A stretch of 64,000 bases of DNA from positions 1,054,001 to 1,118,000 of the forward strand of contig MCFH01000010.1 in the NCBI GenBank assembly GCA_002104945.1, written 5' to 3'. The position numbers and the translations under genes were made by a program. A model generated the notes under the pieces. That model saw only the letters and a list, made by a program, of their open reading frames with translations. It made no database searches and was not told the origin of the DNA. Origin of the DNA: Piromyces finnis finn (Eukaryota > Fungi > Neocallimastigomycota). This document shows, piece after piece, positions 12,861-30,301 of this stretch. The first letter of the stretch is position 1, and every line of letters begins with the position of its first letter.

Positions 12861-15801
12861 TTTAAATTAAATAAATTATAAGTAAATAAAACACAATAGA
12901 TTATATAAAATAAATAACCAAAACCAGAAAATCATGGAATAAATCATAATTATTGTAAAATAAATAAATTATCAATAAAAAATTTAAATATAAAAATAAA
13001 TAACAAATTATTAATAAATGTATAATAATTTATAAAAAATAATATTAATGTTGAAATCACGTGTAAGAATGTTTGATTTCTAATTAAAACTCTTCAATTA
13101 TTAATTATTTTTACATGAATATTTAATATTTTTATATTATAAAATTCCTATAATATAATTGAATATTAATTATATAATGTATTCATAATATATGAATAAT
13201 AATTAAATAGGATATAAATATAATATATTTTTCATTTTAAATGAGATATTACTATATAAGGAAAGATAATATAATACAAATAAGTATTACAATAAAATTA
13301 ATACTAATATTTAAGAATGTAATGAAATATGTACATAAATTCTATAATTAATGTATACATAATGTATTATAATATATATCAATTATTATATTATTATTAT
13401 GAAATATTATATATAAATTTTTAAATATGAAAATATATATTTTAAATAATAAAAATTATTTTAAATATGGCTAATATGTAGCTAGACATATTAATTTCAT
13501 ATCATGTTTTTATTTATATATTACTTGTATTTATGTGGTAATGACTTTTTTTATTTAAATGATGAAATCATAAAATCAGATTAAAATATAAATTTAAAAA
13601 CAGTTGTAACATAGTCAATTTTATTAATATATTTAATGAATGAAATATAAATTGCAAAGAACTGGTTCAATTACATAAATAAAAATAATTATAGTTGTAG
13701 TAAAAGTTTTATAGTTAACTAATTATTTATATATATATATTTATTATTATATATATTCAATTATGTATATTTTGTATAAATGAGAGTGAAGTTTTAGTAA
13801 GAAACATAATTTTCTTATTATAATAATATATATTTTTTTATTTTACTATAAGAATTTATAGAAATATAATTTAAAAATCCTTTAGTTATATTTTAATAAA
13901 GATAATGAATAGGTATATTATAACTAAACTATTAAAACTATACAAAATAGAAAGTTATTGATTGCCGCATATAATTAAATAAATTGTATGAAAAAGTCAA
14001 TTTACATTTAATAATAATTAAAGTTCCATTAACAATTTTTTGTTCTTTTAATTATATTTAATAATAAAAAATTATTTCTTGTGTACAGTTTCAAATAATA
14101 TTATTTAAATAATTAATATATAAATATATATAATAAATATATATTTTATATATATATATCATTAATTATTCATAACAAAAATTAATTCATATATAAATTT
14201 TTTTATATTTATATTTAATACTATAATTAATCAATAATTCCACATTATTGAATATAAATTAAGATTACACAAAAAAAATAAATATGATATTTTATTATAT
14301 TAATTTTTTTATTAAACTATATTTATATATAATTTATTTATATCTTTTAATTTATAATAAAATATAAATGTTTTCTTTTTATATTGAAAATGATTGAATA
14401 AATTTAAAATCATTTATATTAATAAAAAGCAAAAGTTTTTTTTTTTTTTTCAAAAGGATGAAAAAAGATTATGATTAAAACATTTGATAATAGGCGAATT
14501 GAAAAAATGATACAATGATATAATTAATAATTACCATTTAATAATTAATAAAGTAAGCCCATATTAATTACAAAAATATTATTTAAACAAAGACTAATAC
14601 TTTATTAATATCATTGTATTACAGTATAAATTATACCTATCAGATGATAAAAACGAAAAAAAAATTTAATATTTAATATCTCATAATTATTTATCTAGAT
14701 GATATTAAAAATAAATGATTATTCAAGCCTTCAATTTTAACAATCCTTTTTAGTAAGTATTTTCAAAAGTTTTATAAACTTAAATTTTGCATAAAAAATG
14801 TTATTAATTTAAATCTATGTTTTAAACAAAGATTAAACGTTAAACAAAATAAAAATATTATTAAATAAAGTTTATATTTTAATTAAACCAATTATTATAA
14901 TTAAGTATATTATATAGTATAATAATGATATTAAAAATTTCAATCTTTTCTTTTATATATTAATTATTAATAGTATTAAATATATATAATTATTTCCTAT
15001 ATATTAAAATATAATTATTATTATATTAGGAACTATCTTATTGGAAAAAAAAATTTAAAAATTTTGAAGAATTTTAAAGGTAATATCATATTTTTTTCAT
15101 TTTTCTTTTAAATTTTTTTTTAAAAAAAAACTATTTAAAAAAAACATTTTTAAGCAATTATAAATTAATTTAAATAAATAGATAAAATGTAGGAATTTAT
15201 AATATCAATTTGAAAAAAATATATAAATTTTAAGAATTCAATAAATAAATTATATTCAAAATATAAAATATGATTTTTATTGATAATTTAAAGCAAATAA
15301 AAACATATGTTAACCAAAAATAAATGCTTTTAAATGAAATTTTATAATTAATTACAACCAGAATAATTCTTTTAATTTGAAATTTAAAATCAATTACAAA
15401 AATATAATATATATTATTTAAATATAGTATTAATATTCTGTATCATTTAATGTAATGACTATAATATTAAAATATTAATTATTCGAATATTTATCAAAAT
15501 TAAAATGTAATAAAAATTAATGAAATCTTTTAAAATAAAGAAATAATGATATAAATTGATATAAACTAAATATTTTAATATTTATTTTATCAACAAATAA
15601 ATAATGAGTAAGATAATGATTACAACAAATAGTTAAATAATAATTAATATAATTAAATCTTTTTTAAAAAAATGATAAAAACAAATAATATATCCTTTTT
15701 AAATAGATATGTTTACTTTTATTATAAATATTATAAATATGTTAGTGTTGGTATTAAATTCGCATTTTGTTATTATTAATATAAAATAATAGATATTCAA
15801 A

Positions 15802-17516
<1,715 letters not shown>

Positions 17517-18474
17517 TTTTAAGGAAGAAAAACAATTAATAGATTATTTTTTGATAAACAAATAGATTATCATAAAATTTTTCAAATCTCTATATAACAG
17601 AATAATTTATGAGTATATCATTAATAAATTTAAAATTAATCTATCATATTTTTATTTTCTAATATTATTATTATTAGACAGCATTATCAAATTCAATTAT
17701 TAAGAATTATAAATTAAATAAGATAATCCAACGTTACTTCTATAATCAAAAAGCAAAAGATTTTTATTTTGTTAATTTTTTATTTGAATCTATTATTTAA
17801 AAAAAAATCGATGTAATATAATAAATAATAAATATTATATATTGTATATAAAATTTAAATTATTAATTTATATTACTTCGTATACTTAATTGTATAATAA
17901 GAGTTATAAAATTTAAAAAATTTTAATATTTAATATTAAATTCATACTTTCTGATTTTTATTAAAAACAAAAATGAAATCAAGAAAAGAAAAAAAAAACA
18001 AGATAAAAGAAAATTAAACAAATTGTTATTTAAAATCAAATATTTTTTATACTCAATTTTTAATACAGAGAAAATTATATATTTTTATTAATTTATTATT
18101 GAAAATAACTACTACTTCTAACAAAGTATTTTAACTAAACCTCTATTATTTAAAGTTTTAATTAGAATATATGAATTCTTTTAAAAATATTTAAATAATT
18201 ATAGATTAAATCAAAATATATTAAAGAATTATAAATTTCAAAAAGAAACTTAAATTTTATATTTTATATACTTTTAATAATTACATTAAAAAAAAAAAAA
18301 AAAAAAAAAAGGAATAATTATGATTAAAGTAAAAGATAGAAAAAATATGCTTATATATTTTTTTTTTACCCAAAGATTGATAAAGAAAAAATGTATACAT
18401 ATTACAAATCATAAATAATATATAACAAAATAATAAGCAATATTATCATTTATATTAGAATAATAATTATACCA

Positions 18475-18513
<39 letters not shown>

Positions 18514-19576
18514 TATTATTTTAAAAATAATATATAGAAATATAATATTTCTTTTTTTTTTTCTTAATTATATAATAAATATATAATTATAGACTAAAGA
18601 TATTAATAATTTTAAAATATATAATAAAATGTTAAAAGTAATAGTATATACATAATAAAATAATAAAATTAAAATTAAAATAGTAGATAATTTTATTTTT
18701 TGAGTAATTAAAAAATTTTTTGTTTTAAAAAAAAACAAATAATATAATATTTATGAAGTGTGGATTTGTTAGTTATTTTTTATTTAAAAAAAGGTATTTT
18801 GCATTTTAAATTAAAAATTGTAGTATAACTTTTTTAATATTTTACATAAAAGTTGGAGACATCTGCAAAAAAATCTTTCTTTTCATATAAAATAGGTAAA
18901 AATAAAATCTTTAAAAAAAATTATTTTTTATATATTACTAAAAATTTTTTAAGTTATGTCTTATACTACTAAAATTGAAGGAAATATTCATAATTTGTTT
19001 CTAACATTAAAACCAAAAAGGTAAAAACTACATATACTCTCTGAAATAACAATATAAATTCCTTCCTTCAATAATAATAAAATAGTATCAAATTAAAAAA
19101 AAAAATAAATATTAACTATATCTTATTTATAATATATTACATAACCCAAATCCAAAAATTTATTTTATATAAAATTATTCTTGTAAAAAAAATTATAAAT
19201 ATTAATTATTAAAAAAAAAAGATTAATTAAATATTTAAAAAATAAATATTAAAATAATTTAAATATATTAAATTAAAATTTATTTTTTAATTTTATGTTT
19301 ATAAAATATATTTTATATACTAATAATTAAGTTAAAAATATATTTTTTATAAAATCTCAATTAAATATAAAGGGAAAATAATATTACATAAAGATTTTAC
19401 TTTTTATTTAACAAAAAAGCAGAAATTTAAGAGCAAATTGAAATTAACTATTTAAATATATATAAAATCTTTATTTAACATTTTTTCAATAAATATTTTA
19501 TAATATTTATATGCTAAATAAAGCTATATTTAAAAGGAATATTAATAAAAAATTTGGTTCTTTAGTTTTTGGTATT

Positions 19577-22500
19577 ATGACAGTAAATGCACACAGAATT
19601 CCTAAAAAATATATTCATAATAAAAATGGTATATAAAACCTAAAATATTTTCATATATATATGATATCAATCATATATATTATATAACTAGAATATTTCT
19701 TTTTATTATTATTCTCTACTCCAATTTTTCTATTTTACATATCATTAGCATTAACATTAAAAACTAATATATTTTTTCTTTTTTTTTTTTTTATCTTATT
19801 ATTATATATCTTTGTACATTGTTATATTTCTTTCATAAAATATATATATATATATTAATAATATAATAAACAATAAATTTTCAATTAACAATGTTTCCAT
19901 AATGAATTATATACATTATTTTCTGGATGTGATATTTTATTTTTACTTGGATTAAAAATTTGGTATCTTGTAATAATATTATATTGGTATTTCAAATATC
20001 AATAAAAAAATAATAAATATATATTTAATTACATTGAAAATAATATATGAAAATAAAAAAATAAATGTATAGATACTTTTCCAAAAAATGAATCGATAAA
20101 AACATCTTTATCAAACTCAACATCCACATTTAAACCAAGCGATATAAAATTAGACTCTTATGATGAAAAAGTGTCTAATCGAAATTATAGTACTACAGGA
20201 AATATAGGGAAAAAAAATAATCTATTATATGATAATGAAAATAAAGGTATTACCAGAAATTAATAAATGTCTAATATAATAATATATATACATACAAAAA
20301 TATATTTAAAATAAAATAATATATATCTGGATACAATTAATAATTTAATAACCTTAATAATAAAGTTATAATTATAACAAAAAAACAATAATATCAAAAA
20401 ATAAAAAATTTTTGTAAAGATAATTGAAAGAAAAACATTAATAAATTCTTTTAAAATATATATAATTTATTTACAATCTAGTTGAATCCCTAAATACAAA
20501 AAGGCTTGAACATTCAAAATCAGCAAAAAGTCCAGTATATAAAATAGATACTTCACACTTACTTTCACCACCAACATTTAAATCAAGAAATACACAAAGT
20601 TCATCACCTTCAACTTCAAAACACATTGGAAATACTGTTTCATCATCAACATTAAGATCAAAATTATCAACTTCATCAAATGTAAAAAAAAATACTTCAG
20701 TAACTACAACACCACCCAGATCAACTTCACAATCAAAATCAAAAATTCAATCTCAAACTCAGTCCTATCATCATTCTCAAACTAAACATCAATATTCAAG
20801 TAATAAAGAAAACCCTGTAAGAATTCATATTGACCAACATATACCTAATAGCTCACATTCAAAAGTTTCAACAAAGAATTCTTCAAAACCATCATCATCC
20901 ATTTCATCATTAAAATCTTCATCTAAGCCTTCATCAAGAACATCTTATTCATCCAGTTCTTTTTCCTCTGAATCCTCATCTTCACAATATGAATATTCAA
21001 TAAGCTCAAATAATTCATATTCTAGTTCATCATCTTCAAATTTAAATTATCATAATTCACAATATACTTCCTCTTCGCATAAATCTAATAAAACAAATGA
21101 TAAATATTATGAACCATTAGGCGCTGATGATATACCAGAAAGAAAATCATCTCTAACTAATCCTCTATCAATAGGAATACATAAATACCATTTAAAAAAT
21201 AGTAATGATACTCTTTGTAGTTTAGGTTCAATTAAAGAACAGGAACCTTTTTCATATTATCATAAAAATTCAAAAGAAAAGAAATATATAGATACACCAC
21301 TTCAAAAAATAAAATCATCTTTCTCTCAGTCCAAAAAAAACATCACTTCAAACCCAAATCTTCGATATGATAATATAACAGATAGTAAATCACCAACAAT
21401 TTCTAAAAGAACCCCTAATCATTCTTCCTCGAGAGTTACAGCATTAAATTCGCCTAAAACACATATTTATAAAAGTATTACTGACAATAATAGGATAGCA
21501 ATAGTTAATAATAATATGAAAATGCTAGATGATAGTGATGAATTAATTAATTGTACTTTTGTTAAAAATAAAAGTGCTAATCAAATTCAAACGACTCTTC
21601 TTAATAATCAAACTAATTTATTAAAAAATTGTTCAAGCAGTAAAAATGATATTATATCTACAAGTCAACGTGATACGCCAAAACCTACCGTTCCCGAAGA
21701 GAATAATTATCAAACGTTTAATAAAAATATATTAGATCAATATCAACCTGTAATTAAAAATTCTGCAATAACAAATTACACATCAATCCAAAATAATTTG
21801 AACTTAAATACAAATTATAGCAATATTAATTATGACAATAGAGATATATATTTACCAATGTCACAAACGCCTTCATCCAATTGTATCTCATCATCGAGTA
21901 TCGATAATTTAAATAATAATAAAAGCGCTTTTGAAATGGAAACTTTAAGTGAGGAAATTGGAAATATAACCCCAACAAATTTTGATACCTCTTCATCGAA
22001 ATCATCAAAAAGAAGTCTAAAAGAAAAGTTATTAGCTAAAAAATTAAGAAAGCAAAAAAAGAAAGAAGTAAATATTTACCATATAATAGATATATTGTTA
22101 GTTATATAGTTAAAATATTTCAGAATTTTATTTTATTCTATTTTATAATATGTATTAATTTTATTATTTATCATTAATTACTTTTTAAATAATAGGCTGC
22201 TGAAGGATACACAATACAACAACTGCTAGAAATTAGTTTTCCTTGTAAAATTGATAATGAAGTATGTTTAAAAGCTATCATAGAATATAATATTAAAATG
22301 ACTTAATTTATTCAATACAATGTTTTTTAATAAAATATATAATACAAGAATGAAGCATATTTAAAAAACTGCAGTGATATTGTTGGATTAGTTAATCTTG
22401 GAAATACTGTAAGTAATATATTTTATAAAATAATAATAATATAATTTTTAAAAATAATATATTTTTTTAATTATATTTTTAATTTATATGTATTATAAAA

Positions 22501-23792
22501 TATAATACCAATATGTAAAATAGTGTTTTATGAATTCAATTTTACAATGTATATTTTCAACTATACCATTATGTGGATATTTTATGAGTTCTAAATTTAA
22601 AAAAGATATTAATTCAAAAAGTTCAATGAAAGGTCAATTTGCAAATGGTAATATTTAAATTAATATATAATTAAATAAAAACCATGTTTAAATGTAAAAA
22701 TATTTAATCATAATAATAATAAATATTAATTAATTTTATTTATAATAGCATTCAATGATTTGTTATGTGAAGCGTTAAAGAATAGCAAAAATAAACATCT
22801 TAAACCAAATAACTTTAAAAAACAATTAGAAAAGTTTGCACCTCAATTTTATGGATATGAGTATGCCTTATTACTTTAATATATGAATATAATTTTTTTT
22901 ATTATTTTATATCTACTAATAATTTTTTGAAATATCAAAATAGTCAACAAGATTCTCAAGGTAATAAATATATTAAATATTATAAATATATATAAATTAT
23001 TAATAAGGTTATTATTTATTATTACATAAAGAATTTTTAAGATTTTTATTAGATGGTTTTCATGAAGATCTAAATCGTTCCCAAGAAAAACCAAAATTTA
23101 ATTATACTGAGGCCGAATTGGATGCATTAAGGTTTATCAATAAATTATTATTATTATTAATTACTTTATGTCACATTATTAATATAACTTTGTTTTTTCA
23201 ACATAATTTTTAAAAAACAAAGTGATAAAAATAAAGCATTAGTATCATGGAACAGATATCAATTATGGAATAATAGTTATATCTTTGGTAAATATAAGAA
23301 ATTAATAAATATTATTCATAAAATAATTAATATTTATAGAATATTTTTTATCATAATATTTTATATTTTATATTCTATATTATAATAAAATAGATATATT
23401 TGGAGGTCAATTACAAAGTTGTGTTACTTGTCTAAGATGTAATTATCAATCTTCAACATTTGATACATTTTGGGATTTATCCTTACCAATTCCGAAGGTA
23501 TGTTTTAAAATAATTTAATATTTAAATTGAGAATCTTATAACGCAATATTTACTATATATTTATTATATTTCTGTTGCTAGAATTCTAATAAAAGAATTC
23601 ATACACTTGAAGATTGTTTAAGAGAGTTCTCAGCCGAAGAGCAACTTGATGATGAATATAAATGTGAAAAGTGTAAATCCCTACAAAAAGCAAGTAAATG
23701 CCTTAAAATATATAAATGTCCAGAAATACTTGTAATACGTAAGTAAATATATACATATATATTACTATTACTATTACTACTACTACTACTAC

Positions 23793-23880
<88 letters not shown>

Positions 23881-24368
23881 TTATTTTATTTTATTTTATT
23901 TTTTTATAAATTAATTAATTATTTTATATTTTCTAAACCATTTTTTAATAGATTTAAAACGCTTTTCATATAACTTATATATAAGGAAAAAAATTAATGA
24001 TGAAGTTGAATTTCCAACAGAAAATTTAGTATTAGACTTTCCTGTACTAAGTGAGGTCGAAGGTATATGTTATATTTATAATATAAATTACAAAATTAAA
24101 AAAAAAATTATTAAATTGATGTACTAACTAATTCCTTATTTATATATTAATATATAAAACAAAAGGACATGATCAAAATATAGTATATGATTTATATGGA
24201 ATATCAAACCATATTGGAGAACTTGGAGGTGGACATTACGTAGCGCATTGTAAAAGTTTTAAAGACAATGACTGGTATTTAAAAAATGACGAATATGTTA
24301 GAAAAACTACTTCTGATGCTGGCAAAGATTCATCAGCTTACGTTTTATTCTATAGAAAAAGACATTAA
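19577..24368 (+). CDS. Ubiquitin C-terminal hydrolase (USP2/8/21-like C19 peptidase) with long Ser/Asn-rich N-terminus
   Basis: Cys box [38 protein letters not shown], zinc-ribbon CLRC...CEKC, HLKRF, His box [20 protein letters not shown]...WYLKNDEYV. The first exon at 19577 (MTVNAHR) is inferred from splice phase only. Confidence 0.88.
23761..23882. repeat. (ACT)n/(ATT)n microsatellite in USP intron
   Basis: Direct reading of about 120 bp of trinucleotide repeats. Confidence 0.95.
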
Positions 24369-25154
24369 TAAAATCTAAATAAATCTAGAAAAGAACTGGA
24401 AAAAAATGTTTTTATTTTTTATATTATAGAAAAATAATAAATGAATTATTTCATATAGTGAACTTTTAATATATAATAATTACTATCTTTATGAAATAAT
24501 AAAATAGATGAATGTGTAAATAAAAAGTAATTATAATAACTTTTTAGCAATATGACGCAATGATAATACTAATATATACGCATTATAATATTTTAACATA
24601 ATTAAGTTTAGTTAATAATTATTATATTTATTTTATTTTCTTTTTTATAGAATTATTATGAGTTAATTACAATAATGAAAATTTATTTAATATTTAATAG
24701 CATAATATTATAAGTAATCCATACAATACGCATGTATATTATAAATATTATTTGTAACTAACATTTTTTTTTTCTATATAGTAATACAAATAATTTATAA
24801 TTTAATATTTTTTAAATAAATTTTACAATTTGAAAAAAAATTTTCGGAGTTTTAATATAAATTCGTTACACTTAAAAATTGTATTTTATAAAATGATTAA
24901 ATATATTCGAAAGAATATACAAAAAAAAAAAATGAAATTGTTAATTAATTAAAATTTTTATATAATTGGTTAATATTAATTAAATATTTAATTTTAAATT
25001 ATAAAATAATATTTTTTAAATATCAAGACTAATTCCATTCCATATATTTCACATTTCAAAAAAGAAGAGGAAGAAGAAATAAATAAACCGAAAAAGAATT
25101 AAATAGAAAGTTTTTAATATTAGTATCTATTACTATCAGATTCCCTTTTAAATA

Positions 25155-26594
25155 ATGATAATATTTAAAAAGAATAAAAATATATTTACAGTAATAATAT
25201 TTTTATTACTTGTAGGAGGTAACGCAAAAATATTAATATCATTAAATAAAACAAATATTAATTACAGCATAAAATTATATTAAAAAAATGAAAATATATT
25301 AATACTTCATACTATAAATAAAAGAAATATATGGACAAGGTTTTAAGTTTTCAGGAATTAGTTCAGGAAAAAATAAAGGGAAAAATAAAGAAAAGGTCAA
25401 AGAAAAAGAAAAAAGTAAAGCAAAACCAGAAATACCTGGTTTTAATGATACCGATACTGATGATGCTATCAATAATAATGAAAATGAAATTGAGGCAGAA
25501 TATGGAGAAGTTATCAGTAACACTAATATTTTTTCGAATTATAATGCTGATGATGATGAAATAGTTATAAAAACAAAGACTAATACATTACTTGTAAGAT
25601 TTTTTTTATATATAATATATTAATAAGAGAAAAAGAATATGGAATAATTAATATATAATAATAAATATTAATATAAATAGGTTAAAGAACCAGTATTAAA
25701 CTTCAAAACAGGTTTGTTTTAATAAATTAATTGTTTTTTCTAATATTATGGTTTTGTATATTAATGATTATAAAATTATTATTTCTATAATAAAATATTA
25801 CTATAATGGCATTATTAAAAGATATGGGGCAATGTATATGTGACGTTACCTACAATAAATGTGATGTGAATTGTTGTTGTGATCCAGATTGCTCAGGAGA
25901 GAAAAAATATTATTTTTTAGGTGAATGTCTTCCTGAAGGACCAGAAGGAAAAGAAAAGCCATTATGTTCAAATTTATTAAAAGCTGTAAATAATCCAAAT
26001 GTGATTGTATCTGATCAATATAGTGATAGTGGATCATCTATTCTTTGTATTGCTATGGATCATAGTATGCAAAATGATTTCCTATATATATCAAAAAAAA
26101 ATAAAACTAAATATATTAATATTTTTACAATTGCACATTTTCGATTTTATATAATATAATTATAACATCAAGATCCTGACATGGGATACTATTACAAAAA
26201 TCCAGGAAAAATTGAAGATAAAACTGTATTTATTAATCAATTTAAACGATTATTATCAACTTTTTCATACAGTGATAAAAGCGTCTCTTTAATCTTACCT
26301 CAAACTAACTATATGGTATACATATTACTTATTAAAAACTTTACAATAATGTTACTAAAAATATCAAAAAAATTAAGGAAAAAATAATATATATTAATTT
26401 TGGTTTAATAAATTTATTAATAATATTTAGTTAGGAAAGCCTATTATTGTTGCAAATGAAACACAAAATACATATACTAAAAAAAGAGCAGACTCAAAAA
26501 GGGAAACCATTTTACAATCTTATGCCTTTACATTACCAGAAAATACAATTTCAGGAAAATGTGAGCCAAATTCCCCAATATGTAAGATGTTCCA

Positions 26595-26633
<39 letters not shown>

Positions 26634-29600
26634 TATTTTCAAAATTGTAATTCAATCCTTTATTGATTAGTATTAATGTTTATTTAATAAATATCTTCTA
26701 TTTTTGTTACTTTATCTATTCTATATTTTCTTTCTATAATTAATACTGTGATTAAAGTATTCTTAATTGATAAAGAAACAGAGTGTACAAGAAAATATTC
26801 AAAATCCAAAAAGGAATTTACAATTGATTACTATAAAATGAACAATATTGTTTTTGTCAGAGTAAAATATATATCTATTACTATTATTTAATAATAATAA
26901 TACTTAAAATAATTTGGTTAATTTAATAATATATTTCTAAAAACTTATTTATACATAATAAAAAATAATAAATACTTATTAATTAAAAAAAAAAAGAATC
27001 CAAGTACAAACAATGTTACATATCCATCATACACTGAAGTTAAATTAAATGTTCCTGAAATCATTGAAATTGAACAAAATGAAAATGAAAAAGAATATAG
27101 TTCAGATAGCTTTAATGAACATAATCAAGATTATTTTGATCCTTATCATTCAGGTTCCAATAATGAAAACCAAGAAGGAAATATAGAAGACGATTTTGAT
27201 CCTTTCACTAATCCAAACTATGGTAATGACAAAAACATTAGCAATAGTAATAACAATAATAATAATGAAAATAATAATACAAATGATAATGAAGATAATA
27301 ATATTTTTGATCCATTCACTGATCCAAATTATGGCAACGATAATAATATTAATAATAATAGTAGTAGTAGTAGTAGTAATAATGATAATGAAGATAATGA
27401 TTATATATATGATCCTTTCAATGAAGAAAATGATAATAATAATCTTAATAGTGATGATGATTTCTTTGACCCTTTCCATCAAGATAATAATAATGATGAT
27501 GATCCAGACTTTTATAATCCTTTTGCTGATAATATAAATAATAATGATGGAAGTAAAAATAATAACAATGATAATACCAGTAATAATAGTATGGATAGCA
27601 TTAATAATGATGATGATGATGATAGTAAAAACAATATTGATCAATCATTAAATTCAAATAATAACAATAATATTAGTAATGATAATGCTGGTACTACCAA
27701 TCTACAAAATGACGATGATATTGAAAATAATATATTTAATGAACCAAATAAGCATTTTGATGATGATGAAATGATACCTTATGTTAATAATCAAATTAAT
27801 ATTGATAATAGTAATGATCAAACTAACATAGAAATTGATGATAAAAAAAATAATGAAAATATTGTATTTGGTAGTAATTTAAATAGCTTAAATGAAGAAA
27901 ATGAAGAAGAAAAGTCTTCTGTGATTAATTTTTCATCCTTAGATAAACATAAAAATGTTGGAGCTTCTTCCAATATTAACAGTAAAAAAGATGCTGAAAA
28001 GAACGATGGAAAAACAAGTAAAATTCATGGTATCAAGATTAGTAATAAAAGTAATGCCTTTAAAAGAGATGATAAATATATTTACAATAACGGGAAATAT
28101 TATGTTATAAAAAAAGATGAAAATGAAGATTATAAACAAATAATATTTAATAATCTTAAAAATAATAACAAAATTAAAAGAAAGGTTAATGAAAAAAAAA
28201 TAAAAAGTAAAAATATTGTATCATCCTCTAAGAAATATAATGAAATTTTAGATAAAGTAGTTTTACAGGTATATATAATGAACTTATTTTTATAATTTAA
28301 AAATTTGTATAGAATATTTTATTTAATAATTATTATAATTATAATTATAATGATTCAATGATTCTAAATATAATTTATAATTTAATGTATTTTATTATTT
28401 AATATTAATAACAATGATGATAATTATTACATAAATATAGGTTAAATACAAAATTTACTACACAATTCCAACTGGAAATAATTTATCCAATACAGATATA
28501 ATTGACTTTGTTGATGTTGAAATTTTATATGAGGAACGTAATATTAAAGAAGATGAGTTAGTTACACAAAAGTTCTCTGTTGTATTCTTGGTTAGTTTAT
28601 AATTATATTTTATTAAAATATAATGCTTCCTTTTATATTAGTAAATGTAGATACTAATTTGTATATATTAAAAATTAAATAGAGAAGTATTATTAAAGAA
28701 CAAGAAAAAAGTGATCCGGAGGTTGAAGAATCTAAAGTTAAAAAAATAAAACCAAGAAAAACTTCAGGAAATCCAGGTTATATATTTGGAAAAGAATTAC
28801 TAACATCTAAGCTTGTTAAATATCCTTTTAAATATACTAAAAAAAATATTCCATAAATATATTTAATATATTACATATTTATTTGTATTCTTAACTCTAT
28901 ATTTCTTTGAATTTTATTTTTCTTATTTCTTTTTTTTTTTTTTATTTTTTCGTTTTATGATCTCACTGGGACATTAGAAGAAACTACTGGATTTGCTATT
29001 CCAAAAAATATTCTAACACATGATAAATTACGTTGTCCAATGACGACTAATGGTAATAATAGCAATGGTCGTATTCCAGTAACTTTTGGCAATGACATGA
29101 TCTCAGAATGTACACTCCCTATAGACTCTTCTATAAATTCTGATTATTCTGAAATTAGTAAAAAAATATTAGAAATTCATAAAATCACTTTAAATAGTAT
29201 AGAATATATTGCCAGATTTGGTAATACAACAGTAGATAATGCATGGGAATGGGTCAAAATGATTCAACCAGAGGTATAGTAATAAAAATATATATGCGTA
29301 TATCATATTTATAAATAATTAATATATATGTGTATTAATATTATTAATGTTATATATATATATATATATATTTACAATAGAATGTATCTTCCTTATCTTC
29401 ATGTGATACCTTGCCAACGGAATTAGCCCTTCAATTTATATGGGCCGATGTTGGTGCTATAAATAACCCACAGCCTATGATAATTGGAGCAAGGGCTGCT
29501 TATGGTACTACTGGAAATGTATGTACTTGTACTATGGGTAATTACGATGAAAATGATTGTGATAATAATAGGAAAAAGCTTTCCTACAATATAAAAACTA

Positions 29601-29791
29601 CTGTTTCTTTCTTACGTTTACCAGATCATGGGACAGAACTTTATGAACCAAGAGCTCCAAGGCTCATTCCTGCTGTTGACGAAGATTTATTCTATCCATT
29701 TTTTATTAGAAGTCAAGGCCAACATAGAATAAAAAGAGTAATAAATAAATGGATCTTTATAGTATTATTTATCCTATGGATTTCATTTTAA
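25155..29791 (+). CDS. TCTN: Tectonic-family ciliary transition-zone protein, multi-exon
   Basis: Signal peptide MIIFKKNKNIFTVIIFLLLVGEIYG, tectonic Cys motif CICDVTYNKCDVNCCCDPDC, GNPGYIFGK, LQFIWADVGAINNPQPMIIGAR, DLFYPF and a hydrophobic C-terminus. The paralog cannot be assigned. Confidence 0.88.
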
Positions 29792-30301
29792 ATAAGAAGT
29801 CTCTAAATATTAATTTATAATATATATATCTTTTATCATATTTTATTTATTTATTTATTTTCAATTTATTTTTTTTTAATTTATCGATTTATTATTGTTG
29901 TTGTTTTTTTTATTTTTTATTTTTTAAGACTACATATTTATAAAAAAAAAATCTATTATTTAGCATATCGTAATTTTTCTATTTAACTATTTGTGTAAAT
30001 ATAAATAAATTCTATTAAAAATTGAAATGAAACATTAAAAAAAAAAAAATTGAAATATATTTTTTTTAAAATAAAGCGACCAATAAATTTAAATAAGATT
30101 TAAAATTTTAATCTATAATTATTTATGTATTTAAATTTTCCATTTTTTTAATTTTGCTTGTTATAATTACTTAAGAAAGGTATGTTCCATATATAAAAGT
30201 TTATTTTCTTATAATGTGTAAATAAAATTAACTAATATTTAATTTTAAATTATTAATTATATATTTACGTAAATAACATGAACAATAAATAAACAGTAAA
30301 A

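Noticed and set aside
27150-27644. Ile-rich hydrophobic ORFs on both strands
   Set aside because: Alternative frames of the Asn/Asp-rich tectonic exon.
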